Assembly (NCBI GenBank): GCA_964016885.1
Contig: OZ024756.1
Coordinates: 28,272,001-28,336,000, forward strand
Length of the DNA: 64,000 nucleotides
Reading direction: 5' to 3'
Source of the DNA: Eledone cirrhosa
Taxonomy: Eukaryota
The notes under the pieces are model-generated. The model was given only the letters and a program-made list of their open reading frames with translations, ran no database searches and was not told the DNA's origin. Below are positions 51,963 through 64,000 of this stretch, in pieces. The position numbers and the translations under genes are program-made. How positions within the stretch are numbered: the stretch's first letter is position 1; every line of letters begins with the position of its first letter.

Positions 51963-52034
51963 TGGAGATGCCGGGGATCGAACCCGGGGCCTTTCACATG
52001 CAAAGCGAACGCTCTACCACTGAGCCACATCCCC
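51963..52034 (-). tRNA. tRNA-Ala(TGC), array copy
   Basis: identical to the 50377 copy; TTTT terminator downstream. Confidence 0.96.
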
Positions 52035-52112
52035 ACCTCTTCTAGCTGCTGATTAATTAGTCAACTTATTCAAAATCTTCACTTTAAATTATAAAAATAA
52101 AATAAAAGATTA

Positions 52113-52184
52113 TGGAGATGCCGGGGATCGAACCCGGGGCCTTTCACATGCAAAGCGAACGCTCTACCACTGAGCCACATCCCC
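52113..52184 (-). tRNA. tRNA-Ala(TGC), array copy
   Basis: identical; 150-bp period. Confidence 0.96.
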
Positions 52185-52262
52185 ACCTCTTCTAGCTGCT
52201 GATTAATTAGTCAGCTTATTCAAAATCTTCACTTTAAATTATAAAAATAAAATAAAAGATTA

Positions 52263-52333
52263 TGGAGATGCCGGGATCGAACCCGGGGCCTTTCACATGC
52301 AAAGCGAACGCTCTACCACTGAGCCACATCCCC
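52263..52333 (-). tRNA. tRNA-Ala(TGC) copy with a 1-nt deletion in the T-arm (pseudogene or homopolymer error)
   Basis: ccggg instead of ccgggg on the + strand; 71 nt. Confidence 0.8.
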
Positions 52334-52411
52334 ACCTCTTCTAGCTGCTGATTAATTAGTCAGCTTATTCAAAATCTTCACTTTAAATTATAAAAATAAA
52401 ATAAAAGATTA

Positions 52412-52483
52412 TGGAGATGCCGGGGATCGAACCCGGGGCCTTTCACATGCAAAGCGAACGCTCTACCACTGAGCCACATCCCC
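52412..52483 (-). tRNA. tRNA-Ala(TGC), array copy
   Basis: identical 72-nt gene. Confidence 0.96.
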
Positions 52484-55400
52484 ACCTCTTCTAGCTGCTG
52501 ATTAATTAGTCAGCTTATTCAAAATCTTTACTGTTGACAACTTTAGGAATAATTTGGATTCTTTGAAATAATACGTATACGATTATCATGAATGTAAACA
52601 GTTAACTGTCGGTGTTTAACGCTGATTGTTTATAATACACGTGTTTGTCTGTGTGTGTCGACTGATGTCTTCAGCTATCAGTAGTAACCTATACCATTGT
52701 TGTGAAAGTGTGCTGTTGAGGAGTAGAGTGTTGAATTCGTAATCGTGAAGCAGTTAGTTCGATTCCCGGACCGGCGTGATGCGTTGTATTCTTGAGCAAG
52801 ACACTTTATTTCATGTTGTTTTCAGTTTACTCAGCTGTATCGGCCTTTGCGTTTGCTTTTGTCAACGTTGGTGGAGTGGTCGAGGGAAGACAAGTATGCA
52901 AGGGTGGATGCAGTCCTTCCACAACACACCTTGCCCGGACTTGTGCCTCGGAGAGGACATTTTTTTTAGGTACAAAACTCATGGTCATTCGTGACCGAAG
53001 GAGACGCTACCTCAAAAGTGTGAGAGAACGCTTTCTGGCGTGCTCAACCCCAGATGCAAGCTATGTCATGTTGTTATCATATATTTTACTCCAGGGCAGC
53101 GAATTGGTAGAATCGTTAGAGCAACAGACGAAATGCTTTCCTGTATTTAGTTACGGTTCATTATGTTCTAAGTTTCAAGTTTAAACGTCACTGGGATCGA
53201 TAATAAAGTACCGTTCAAGTACTGGAGCCGATTTAATCGATTTGGCCATCGCCTAAAATTGCTAGCCTTGTGCTTAAATCAGGAATCATTATACGACGGT
53301 CGGCTGAAAGGTTCATAGGCTGACTATGAAGGAAGGATTGATGCTAGAGCTGTGAAAGCTTGCATGCATTAATTTCAACTCTTCTTATTAATAACAACAT
53401 TGTTTCTTTCCAGGGACTATGTTAAAAAATAAACATCATTTGGTCATTCCATGAGAGGATCTTGGGCAGCCTATGAAGTATTTGCTTGAATTTTCAAATC
53501 TTTTTATTTTATTTTTCTTCAAATTCCTTCTTCTTAAGATTCTATAAATATTTATTGTAATTACAACGGCTCTTTGCGGTTGTGCAATTATATTTATATT
53601 TATATTAGTATATATTTATAAAATGTTTCCACAGCATTTCATTAATTCCATGGCTTTCCTCGCCACATTTCACCTTCACTCCCATTGACATGAAAGATAC
53701 GTATATGGAAAGGTAGTTCACCCTTATGTTATGTATTGGTGTTGATGGTGGTTAGATAATACATATGGGTCTAAGCCTTATAGGAATAAAGGGCGGGGTG
53801 GGGGTGGAGGTAAATAATTGGACCCTCGTCGGTTTTCGACGATGATTGTTCTAGTTGTTCTGCGATCAACAGATCACAGTCTGCTCGCGAAACTAACAGG
53901 CGTGCAAGTGGCTGAGCATTCCACAGAAACACGTACCCTTAATATAATTCTCACCGAGATTTATAGCATGATACTATAAGTGTGACACAAAGCTGGCCCC
54001 TTTCAATGACACAACTACACGGTTAGATACACGGAGACCAGAAGAAAAGGGTGGGTGATATAAGACCCGTTGGAAAATTTAAGCGAGCCTATAACCCCTC
54101 CCGCTGCTCGTTCTTATATTGTTTTGTTAGTTTAAATACACAACATGCACTACATGTTCTTTATACATCCGTAACCCTTACAGAAAACATATAACTGTTT
54201 CTACTTTTGGCACAAGGCCAGCAAAAACTCAGTACATTACTGGTACTTTATTTTATCGATCCCGTAAGGATGAAAGGCAAAGTGAACCTCGGCGGGATTT
54301 GAACTCAGACCGTAAAGGGACGTAACTATGCTGGAAAGCATGGCGTCCGACTCTCTTCCGATACTGCCAATCCACCGGAAAACGTATAACTACATCTGAT
54401 ATGGACCTATATAAACCAGTGTAGGGGGTTGGGGGGTGTCTCATTTAAATCTGGTTTGAGCCTATTACCAATTTTGTAGGCATACTTTACACGTCTAGTC
54501 CAGGTCTATTCCTAGTTTAGTGTGGGCGACCATACATTTTACATCTGGTGTGGTACGTGGGCTAGTGGTAAGGGTGTTAGACTTACGATCATAATGTCGT
54601 GGGTTTGATTCCGGGATTTGTTTGTGTGCTGTGAAAACACTTCATTTCATGTTGCTGCAATATACTCAGCTCAAAATGAGTACCAGCAATAGCTGGGGGA
54701 TTTAACCCTGCGATGGACTGGTGTCCTATACAAGGGGATGAGTCTTGTACTCTCAGTCATGACGAGGGGGGTGGACATTTTACATCTGTTCTGGACTTAT
54801 TACCGTTTTACATGTAGACTGGGACCTATTACCGTTTTTATGGGTTTACGTTTTACATTTAGCCTGGGATCTATTACCGTTTTTAAGGATTTACTTTTTA
54901 CATTACCAGCTTTGCACATACCTGACCATACACGCACGCGCGCACACAAATATGCACACACACACAAACCTACACTCATACACATACGCACATAAGGTGT
55001 ATGGTAAATACACGTGTTTGTCAAGTCAACCAATAAACTCAAAGTTCACTGAAATAGGTTTACGTGTCAAGACGCTGCGCTATATAAAGTTTCATAATCA
55101 TGATAAATTTCATTATCTTTCATTGAAGTGTGTATGTTTCCGTCAAACATACATAAACATCACGCCCGAATACAAAAGAACCAAACTCCCACTTTACTGA
55201 CTCCGTCTCTCCTGCTCTCCCCCATCTCTCACTATTGTGAGCAAATGGGGAGGGGGGGAGCACACGCATTGGCCGTCCCGCGGGACCCGGCGAGACAGAA
55301 TAGAAAAGGCGTTTGCCCGGGTGGTGAGGGAGACGCGCTGGAAAAGCCATTCCAGCTCGCGAAGCTCACACCTGCGGTAGCCAACTCTGTGCCGATGGTG

Positions 55401-57294
55401 GCCATAGGGCAGTATGTTAGCAGAATCGTTAGAGCGTCGGACAAAATGTTTTGCAGCTTTTAGTTATGGTACATTCATTATGTTCTGTGTTCAAATTCCG
55501 CCCAGGTCAACTATGTCCTTTCATGCTTCCATGGTCAATAAAATGAAAGACCAGTTAAGTACAGGGGTCGATATAATTGACTTACCCCTCTCCCTCAAAT
55601 TGCTGGCCTTCTGACAATATAAGAATAATTATTCATTGGCAGTCGTTAGAGCGACGCACACATTCATAACAATTATTTGTTCCAGCTCTTGACGTTCTGA
55701 GTTCAAATTCCGTTGAGGTCAACTTTGCCTTTCATCCTTCTGGGGTAGATATAATTGAATTACGCCTCCTCTCCTGCTTAAAATTGGGAATAATTAGAGG
55801 GCGTCGGTTAACGGCTTTTGCTATGGCCGTCGGGGAAGGTGTAAAGGTCACATCCTATATATACCACACCGGTAGAGAGAGAGAGAACCTCATCGATGGA
55901 CTTTCTGTATGATTGCTCTTGCTGCTAGAAATAGCAGCTAAATCTTCATATCAATCTTTACAAGAAGGATGAGCCCCCCCCCCCCTCCAAAAAAATTAAT
56001 AATAAAGACAATAAATTCTTCGATCAGCTGAATAAATAGTAACCTGTGGGTTGTGGTTTAACACCCAGATCAGCTCTGGTCAAGCAGACCTAACACAGAG
56101 GTTCCAATCAAACAGGCCCCCTTTTAATTTTAATTAATTAATTAATTAATTTGTATACACTACATAATGCACTTTTTCCTTTTTCTAGTGAGATATTTTT
56201 AACAGGAACAGCGACTAAGAGTGAGTAATGTGTTCGTTTCGGTAGCTCCACAATTGGTGGTACTGCCGTTAATTGTAATCACTTCCGTTCAGGTGTACTT
56301 TTAGCTATGAGCTGATAATTAGTTTTAAATCTCGTTAATTGATCGAAATCTTCGATAAAAATGGAATTTAAAATTATCTCTATTCACCAGTTATATAATA
56401 TATAAACACATGCTGATTTCTTGAAATTAAAATATATTAACTAAAATACATTTTAGCAACGTAAAATCTTCAGTACACCTTTCAAGTTTGTTTTGTTTTT
56501 ATTAACGACCAGAAAAAAAATCTCAGCCGGTTTCAACTTGAAAAAGGACTATTAAAACAAATGTAAGGACTGTTTAAATTATTTCGCTGTTAACTCTTTT
56601 ATTGATTTCAGTCTTCAAACACGATTATTCTGAAACACTACTTTTAAAGGTTTAATCCGGTTGTTCTCAACTTTTTCATTGTCATAGAAGACCACACCCC
56701 GTTCAGTTAAATGAATTTCCCTGTGGACAGCAGGCTTTTAAAAGGTTTACTCATGAAGTTCATGAAAACCCAGTGGTCGGCAAGCTACAAATTTGAAATC
56801 GGTATTTAAAGTCGACCATATCAACATTTGTACTGTGACTTTATCGAACATAAACAACATCAAAGTTTATAAACAGTGGACTAAAACAGATGTTCGTAAC
56901 AGAAACAAACAGTCGTAGTATTTTGATAAATATATTCCAGTTTTCTCTATATATATTTGGAAGCATGCTGAGCTTCTGGTCGTGAAGAATTTACGTTGCT
57001 AAAATATATTTTAGCCATTATAAAAACGAATTAAAAGTTCCTACTTTTAAATTTCTCTGCCAAGTTCACAGGAAGCTTATGAAAACACGGAATTTTTCTA
57101 GATTCATAATTGCTTTTAACTTGGACTACATACAGAATGCTAAAGGTAGACAAAACTAGTGTTTACAACCAATTAAAAAACTCTTAGCAGTTGCAGGCCG
57201 CATCTAATACACACATACATATAACTGCGTATATACATATATATTTATATACCGAAACCGCTTGGCGCTGCGATCGGGATTTTACACACACGCG

Positions 57295-57347
<53 letters not shown>

Positions 57348-57350
<3 letters not shown>

Positions 57351-57498
57351 AAAGTTCTATTTAAATTGTTGGGATACAACAAGCAAATATTTTTATAACT
57401 GATATAAAGCACTCGACAAGTATTTGGAGTAAATATACGATATTAACAAATGGAAACTATATTTATAAAACCATATCTATTTTATTATACATATTTCA
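57348..57498 (-). mobile_element. Truncated copy of the 175-631 family
   Basis: GCAAAAGTT..TATTATACATATTTCA aligns with 175-326; abuts (TA)n at the same end. Confidence 0.8.
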
Positions 57499-58624
57499 AA
57501 GCAAGTTATTTTTTTTAACAATTTACTATTAGCATAAACTATAGGAATCATATGTGCCCCTCTCTCTCTCTCTATATATATATATATAGGCACATTACCT
57601 TTCTCTCGATCACCTACACACACTTGTCTGTCCGTTTTACTTTATCGTTTGTGATCTGTCTATATATACATTACATTTCAGCACTATATAAGGTGATGTA
57701 GCTACGCCCTGCTTAATCTTTCACATTACCTCTATTTTTTTAAATACACGTTGTCGTCATCTAAACGTTGTGATTATTATTTACGTGTGTGTATGTATAT
57801 ATACATCCAGCCTACTCTAAAGCCTAATCGAATTAAAACGGATTTACTTCTCACATTTGATGTTATATCTGAAAAAAGATAAAAAGTTGTCTTCTGACCA
57901 AAATTTCTTTTTAAAAATATGTTTAAAAGAAGAATATTTCCTATTTTCCATCTAATCAATTTCTATTTGTTTGTTTTGTTTTTGTTTTAATACAAATTAG
58001 CAATTAATTTCTCTTGGACTTCGATCAGCAGAAGAACGGTCAGAATCAATGAATAAATGAGAAACTGAGTTAAATTAAGGTTGTGGCGCCAAAATGAATA
58101 TATATATAGTCACCACACGCCTCTAGCTTAGTCACATCTTCATATATATTTTGCATGCGCGTATGTCAGTAGCCTCTTAGCGTGTAGGCAACGTATTCAC
58201 ACGGTATTTAATAGGTGCGGAGATCGAATCTTCGTAGGTGCCACTAGCCACTTGTAACAGTCTGAATATATATATATATGCACACACACGTGTCTCTCCA
58301 AATAAGAACGTGGAAGTTTATAAAGTAACATTTATAGCAAGCACTCTCAAAATCATTTTATCCCCATAAATTTAGGAAATTATTTAAAAGAAAAAAAAAA
58401 AAAATTATGTATCTTATAAAGCCCAAAATTTAAATCTATTGAACTTTATTAGAAAACATGAAATTTAGTGAGGCTATTATATTTATTGCAAACGAGCCAA
58501 GATGGCTATGTCATCAGATGACGTCATCACTATAATTAACGACTTTAAACGGGCGATTGAACGATCTTAACTAAATGGATCTAAAAAAAAACCCACCCTA
58601 CCAATCTGAAAACCATACTCCATA

Positions 58625-59365
58625 AATAATTGTTTCTACTTTAGGCACAAGGCCAGCAAATACCCAGTACATTACTGGTACTTTATTTTATCGACCCCGT
58701 AAGGATGAAAGGCAAAGTCAACCTCGGCGGGATTTGAACTCAGATGGTAAAGGGACGTAACTATGCTGGAAAGCATGGCGTCCGACCCTCTACCGATACT
58801 GCCAATTCACCAATAATAATTGTTTCTACTTTAGGCACAAGGCCAGCAAATACCCAGTGCATTACTGGTACTTTATTTTATCGACCCCGTAAGGATGAAA
58901 GGCAAAGTCAACCTCGGCGGGATTTGAACTCAGATCGTAAAGGGAGCAATTCACCAATAATAATGGTTTCTGATTTAGGCACAAGGCCAACAGTTTTTTT
59001 GAGGAGGGGTAATGTTTACCAAATCGACACCCAGTGCATTACTGGGACTTTATTTTATTGAACCCGTAAGGATGAAAGGCAAAGCTAACCTCGGCGGGAT
59101 TTAAACGCAGAATGTAAACGGCCGTAACTCTACGCCCCAAAACATGTCCGACGCTCTACCGATACAGCCAATCTTAATAATAATTGTTTCTACGTTAGGC
59201 ACAAGGCCAGCAATAACCCAGTGTATTACTGGTACTTTATTTTATCGACCCTGTAAGGATGAAAGGCAAAGTTAACCTCGGCGGGATTTGAACTCAGAAT
59301 GGCAAGGGCGGTAACTCTAAGCGCCAAAGCATGGCATCCGACACTCTACCGATACTGCCAATCCA
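58625..59365 (-). mobile_element. Cluster of four copies of the dominant tRNA-derived SINE; other copies at ~1690-2210, 5180-5780, 9010-9230, 11310-11470, 12590-13400, 16830-17030, 19610-19820, 21460-21630, 22375-22565, 45930-46115, 50170-50360, 54195-54375, 55410-55750, 60570-60770, 62670-62880, 63740-63925
   Basis: A-box-like TGGCAGTATCGG, B-box-like GAGTTCAAATCC, conserved core GCCTTTCATCCTTACGGGGTCGATAAAATAAAGTACCAG, (ATT)n tail. Confidence 0.85.
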
Positions 59366-60796
59366 CCGCCTATACTAATAATAATAGCCAATCTTAATAA
59401 TAATAATACAGAATTTGAATATATAAATTTAATTCATTCTTTATCACAAGAATTATTGAAAACTATAGAGATTTCGATGTTTTTTTTGTGTCTGTATGTC
59501 CAACTAAATCTACCTTGAAGGTATTGTTGTTTAGCCTTAGGTTAAACGCAATTGAGTTGACTCATGATTAAAGGCATTCCAGCCGTGTACACCCAGTCAT
59601 CGCCTCTGTCTCTCTCTATTAAGGGCAAATGGGGTCACACGCGGACAATAGAGAAGGCGTTTCCCTGGAGGGTGGTGAGGGAGATGCGCTGGAAGAGTCA
59701 TTCCATTCCAGCTCGCGTGGCTCATACCTGCGGGTAGCCAGCTCAGCGCCTATGCTGGTGAATGGGGAGGTGGCCCTAGGGCCAAGAACACCAGAAGTCG
59801 CCACTGCTACGGGTTCGACTGCAAACCTGTCGGAGAGCGACCTAATCTTGTGTGTAAAATAAACAAACGAACGAAGGAGAGAAAGAGGAGGTGAAGATGT
59901 TTTTAAAAAAATTTACAAGGTTATATGGTTTGATTGATAGCGGAGTTGTTTGTTTTGTTTAAAGGCGGGAAATCTTCAGCGGCGGAGAAAGAGAGAGAGA
60001 GAGACAGTGTGCGTGACAGAGAACGAGATAGTGTGTGCTATCGTGAAAGAGAGAGGGGAGAGTGATAAAGAAGATAGAGAAAGACCTATGTGTGGTAGCT
60101 GAAAGAGATGTTATTGAATTTTTTTTGGCGGGGAGGGGGGTGTTAGAAAAGCTGTTTTACTCCTCGTTTTGTAGTAGACAAAAGAGATGTGAAAGAGGCT
60201 TGGGAATATAGTTTAGCCGAGATAAGTCGTTGAATGAATGAATGATGTGCAACGGACCACTTGCTTTTTTCAATCGACGAAAGAAGTTTATAGTAGGCGC
60301 GCGAACAACCACGTGTCGTGTTGAATATCAATGTATAACGAAGAGGTGGTGGTAGTGGTGGCGGGATGAGAGTAATCAAGCGTGGTGGTTGTTTTCGCGC
60401 TGAATCGCTTGCTAACATTTCAACCTCGTGGCGCACTTAATAGTCAATTAAAAAAATATAAGAAAACAATAAGACTAAATGGACTTCCGTTGGTTTCGAC
60501 GATGGACGCGCCAGTTGTTTGATTTGCGAAACGGATTACTCGTTGAATTGTTATAAACAGAATTGTTGTTATTAGAGCGTCGGACAACATGCTTAACGTC
60601 ATAGAATTACGTCCCTTTACGTTCTGAGTTCAAATCACGCCGAGGTCAGCTTTGCCTTTCATCCTTACGGGATTGATAAAATAAAGTACCAGTAATGTAC
60701 TGGGGTCGATTCCATCGCCTTTCTCCTACCGCAAAAATTGTTGGTCATTTGGCTATAGTAGAAATCATTATTACAGCAAACTGGATTGAAAAACCG

Positions 60797-62651
60797 GTGA
60801 CACTAACAAACTGCTGACTACTGGGGACCAGGGGGGGTGTTTTCACTGCTCAGCTAAGGTGACACTGACTAACAGACTGCTGAGGGCCAGAGGTGTGTTT
60901 TCACTGCTCAACTAAGGTGACGCTGGCTAACAGACTGCTGAGGGCCAGAGGTGTTTTCACTGCCCAGCTAAGGTGACACTGGCTAACAGACTGCTGAGGG
61001 CCAGAGGTGTGTTTTCACTGGTCAGCTAAGGTGACGCTGACTAACAGACTGCTGAGGGCCAGAGGTGTGTTTTCACTGGTCAGCTAAGGTGACGCTGACT
61101 AACAGACTGCTGAGGGCCAGAGGTGTGTTTTCACTGCTCAACTAAGGTGACGCTGGCTAACAGACTGCTGAGGGCCAGAGGTGTTTTCACTGCCCAGCTA
61201 AGGTGACACTGGCTAACAGACTGCTGAGGGCCAGAGGTGTGTTTTCACTGCTCAACTAAGGTGACGCTGGCTAACAGACTGCTGAGGGCCAGAGGTGTGT
61301 TTACACTGGTCAGCTAAGGTGACGCTGACTAACAGACTGCTGAGGGCCAGAGGTGTGTTTTCACTGCTCAGCTAAGGTGACACTGGCTAACAGACTGCTG
61401 AGGGCCAGAGGTGTGTTTTCACTGCTCAGCTAAGGTGACACTGACTAACAGACTGCTGAGGGCCAGAGGTGTGTTTTTCTACTCAGCTAAGGTGACACTG
61501 ACTAACAGACTGCTGAGGGCCAGAGGTTGTGTTTTTCTATTCAGCTAAGGTGACACTGACTAACAGACTGCTGAGAGCCAGAGGTGTGTTTTTCTACTCA
61601 GTGAAGGTGACACTGACTAACAGACTGCTGAAGGCCAGAGGTATGTTTTTCTACTCAGTTATGGTGACACTGACTAACAGACTGCTGAGGGCCAGAGGTG
61701 TGTTTTTCTACTCAGTTAAGGTGACACTGGCTATCAGACTGCTGAGTGCCAGAGGTGTGTTTTTCTACTCAGTTAAGGTGACACTGACTAACAGACTGCT
61801 GAGGGCCAGAGGTGTGTTTTCACTGCTCAGCTAAGGTGACGCTGGCTAACAGACTGCTGAGGGCCAGAGGTGTGTTTTTCTACTCAGCTAAGGTGACACT
61901 GACTAACAGACTGCTGAGGGCCAGAGGTGTGTTTTCACTGCTCAGCTAAAGTGACACTGACTAACAGACTGCTGAGGGCCAGAGGTGTGTTTTTCTACTC
62001 AGCTAAGGTGACACTGACTAACAGACTGCTGAGGGCCAGAGGTGTGTTTTTCTACTCAGTTAAGGTGACACTGACTAACAGACTGCTGAGGGCCAGAGGT
62101 GTGTTTTTCTACTCAGTGAAGGTGACACTGACTAACAGACTGCTGAGGGCCAGAGGTGTGTTTTTCTACTCAGCTAAGGTGACACTGACTAACAGACTGC
62201 TGAGGGCCAGAGGTGTGTTTTTCTACTCAGTGAAGGTGACACTGACTAACAGACTGCTGAGGGCCAGAGGTGTGTTTTTCTACTCAGCTAAGGTGACACT
62301 GGCTAACAGACTGCTGAAGGCCAGAGGTGTGTTTTTCTACTCAGCTAAGGTGACACTGGCTAACAGACTGCTGAAGGCCAGAGGTGTGTTTTTCTACTCA
62401 GCTAAGGTGACACTGAGTAACAGACTACCGAGGGACAGAGGTGTGTTTTTCTTACTCAGCTAAGGTGACACTGAGGACCAGAGGTGTGTTTTTCTTACTC
62501 AGCTAAGGTGACATCAACTAACAGACTGATGAAGGCCAGAGGTGTTTTAACTGCTCAACTAAGGCGACACTGAGTAACAGACTACTGAGGACCAGAGGTG
62601 TGTTTTTTCTTACTCAGCTAAGGTGACACCAACTAACAGACTGCTGACTAC
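60797..62651. repeat. 56-58-bp tandem array (~32 units)
   Basis: unit GCTAAGGTGACACTGACTAACAGACTGCTGAGGGCCAGAGGTGTGTTTTTCTACTCA. Confidence 0.95.
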
Positions 62652-64000
62652 TTGCTAATCCCAATGGTAATTTCCAATTTAAGCATAAGACCAGTGATTT
62701 TTGTGGGTTGGAGTAGGGGTTTGATTATATCGATCACAGTAGTTGACTGGTACTTTAGTTTATCGATCACGAAAGTATGAAAGGCAAAGTTAACCTCAGC
62801 TGTATTTGAACTAAGAATGAACTCAAAGTGTAAAGAGCCGCAACAAATGCTGTCCCGGCGCTCTAACGACTTTGCCAGTACAATACCCCCCTTTGCTTGC
62901 TAATCCCAATAATAAAAGCGAAGTGGTCACGGTTGGATAACGCTTTGATTGTAGACACAGGTTTATTGGTTCAGGTCTGAAACAAGAAAATGTGATGGCG
63001 ATGCGGTAGGAGTAGTGCTGTTTCAAGGTCAAGATTTAGTTTGTTTTCATCCTCAATACAACAATGCAAACTCTTCTCTACTTCATCTTTTGAAAATATA
63101 AGTTGCTACCACCACCATCACCATCACCATCATCATCATCATCATCACCGCTAAAAAGAATTTAATGATAAAAGTAAAAGTACTTTGTATAGGAAAAAAT
63201 AAAAAATAAAAAATAAAAAATAAAAAATAAAAAATAAAAAATAAAAAATAAAAATTTCAAGAATCTGCAAACGAAAGAGAGGCCAAGGTCGCATGTGTTC
63301 ACTTATAAATAGGAGTGTCACTCCCTGTTTTTCAGAGAGAGAGAGAGACAGATAGAAACACAGAGTGAGAGAGAGAGAGAATGGAGAAAACAAGAGACAG
63401 ACAGAAACTGAGAGAGAGAGAGAGAGAGAGACAGACAGAGAAACAGAGAGTGTGAGAGAGAGAGAGAGAATGAAGAGAAAGAAAAGAACAAGAGTGATAG
63501 AGAGAGAGAAGAGAAAGAAAAGAACAAGAGTGATAGAGAGAGAGAGAAAAACAAGAGGGAGTGAGAGAGAGAAATAGGCAGACAAACAGAAAGAAGATAG
63601 AGATACAGAGAGAGAATGGGGAGAAAGAAGAAGAGAACAAGAGAGATAGAAAGAAACAAGAGGGAGTGTGTGTGTGTGAGAGAGAGAGAGAAAAAAAAAC
63701 AAAGAAGGAAACAGGAAAAAAGAAAATGATACAGAAAATATAATTGTTTCTACTTTACTTTAGGCACAAGGCCAGCAATTACCTAGTGCATTACTGGTAC
63801 TTTATTTTATCGACCCCGTAAGGATGAAAGGCAAAGTCAACCCCGGCGGGATTTGAACTCAGATTGTAAAGGGACGTAACTATGCTGGAAAGCATGGCGT
63901 CCGACCCTCTACCGATATTGCCAGAAAATATAATGAAAGAAAAAATGTGAGAATGGCGGAAATTTTAAAATATTTTTTTATTTTATTTCATTTTGAGGTT

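Noticed and set aside
58170-58243. tRNA-like segment ending GATCGAATC..GCCA
   Set aside because: No consistent cloverleaf or anticodon arm; probably a decayed SINE head or tRNA pseudogene
58495-58530. YY1-like CAAGATGGC and CRE TGACGTCA motifs as a promoter
   Set aside because: No associated exon or ORF found; short motifs alone are insufficient
61529-62463. ORFs with 19-aa repeats
   Set aside because: Product of the 57-bp satellite; neighbouring 56-bp units break the frame
63151-63743. Overlapping S/L- or E/R-rich ORFs (and similar ones at the (TA)n, (TG)n, (TAG)n tracts)
   Set aside because: Microsatellite read-through frames

Overview
Eukaryotic, AT-rich and very repeat-dense DNA; the SINE/RTE content suggests an octopod cephalopod (inference, not searched). 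Genes: the last two exons of an animal heme peroxidase (+, 1556-4390), a complete 5-exon TRAPPC2L (-, 18034-9438) whose intron 2 has U12 minor-spliceosome signals, an intronless eIF5A (+, 30048-30518) and five tRNA-Ala(TGC) copies (-, four in a 150-bp tandem array). The rest is SINEs, RTE/CRE/Penelope retroelement remnants, MITEs, minisatellites and microsatellites. The most striking unannotated signal is a set of small elements at (TA)n tracts, several of them fold-backs, that carry minimal type-I hammerhead ribozyme motifs (CUGANGA...GAAA-6 nt-UH). Their helix-III hexamer differs between families but stays self-complementary or nearly so. One fold-back is built from the 3' end of a neighbouring GIY-YIG (Penelope-like) element. 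All structures were read by eye; no folding, alignment or database search was run.
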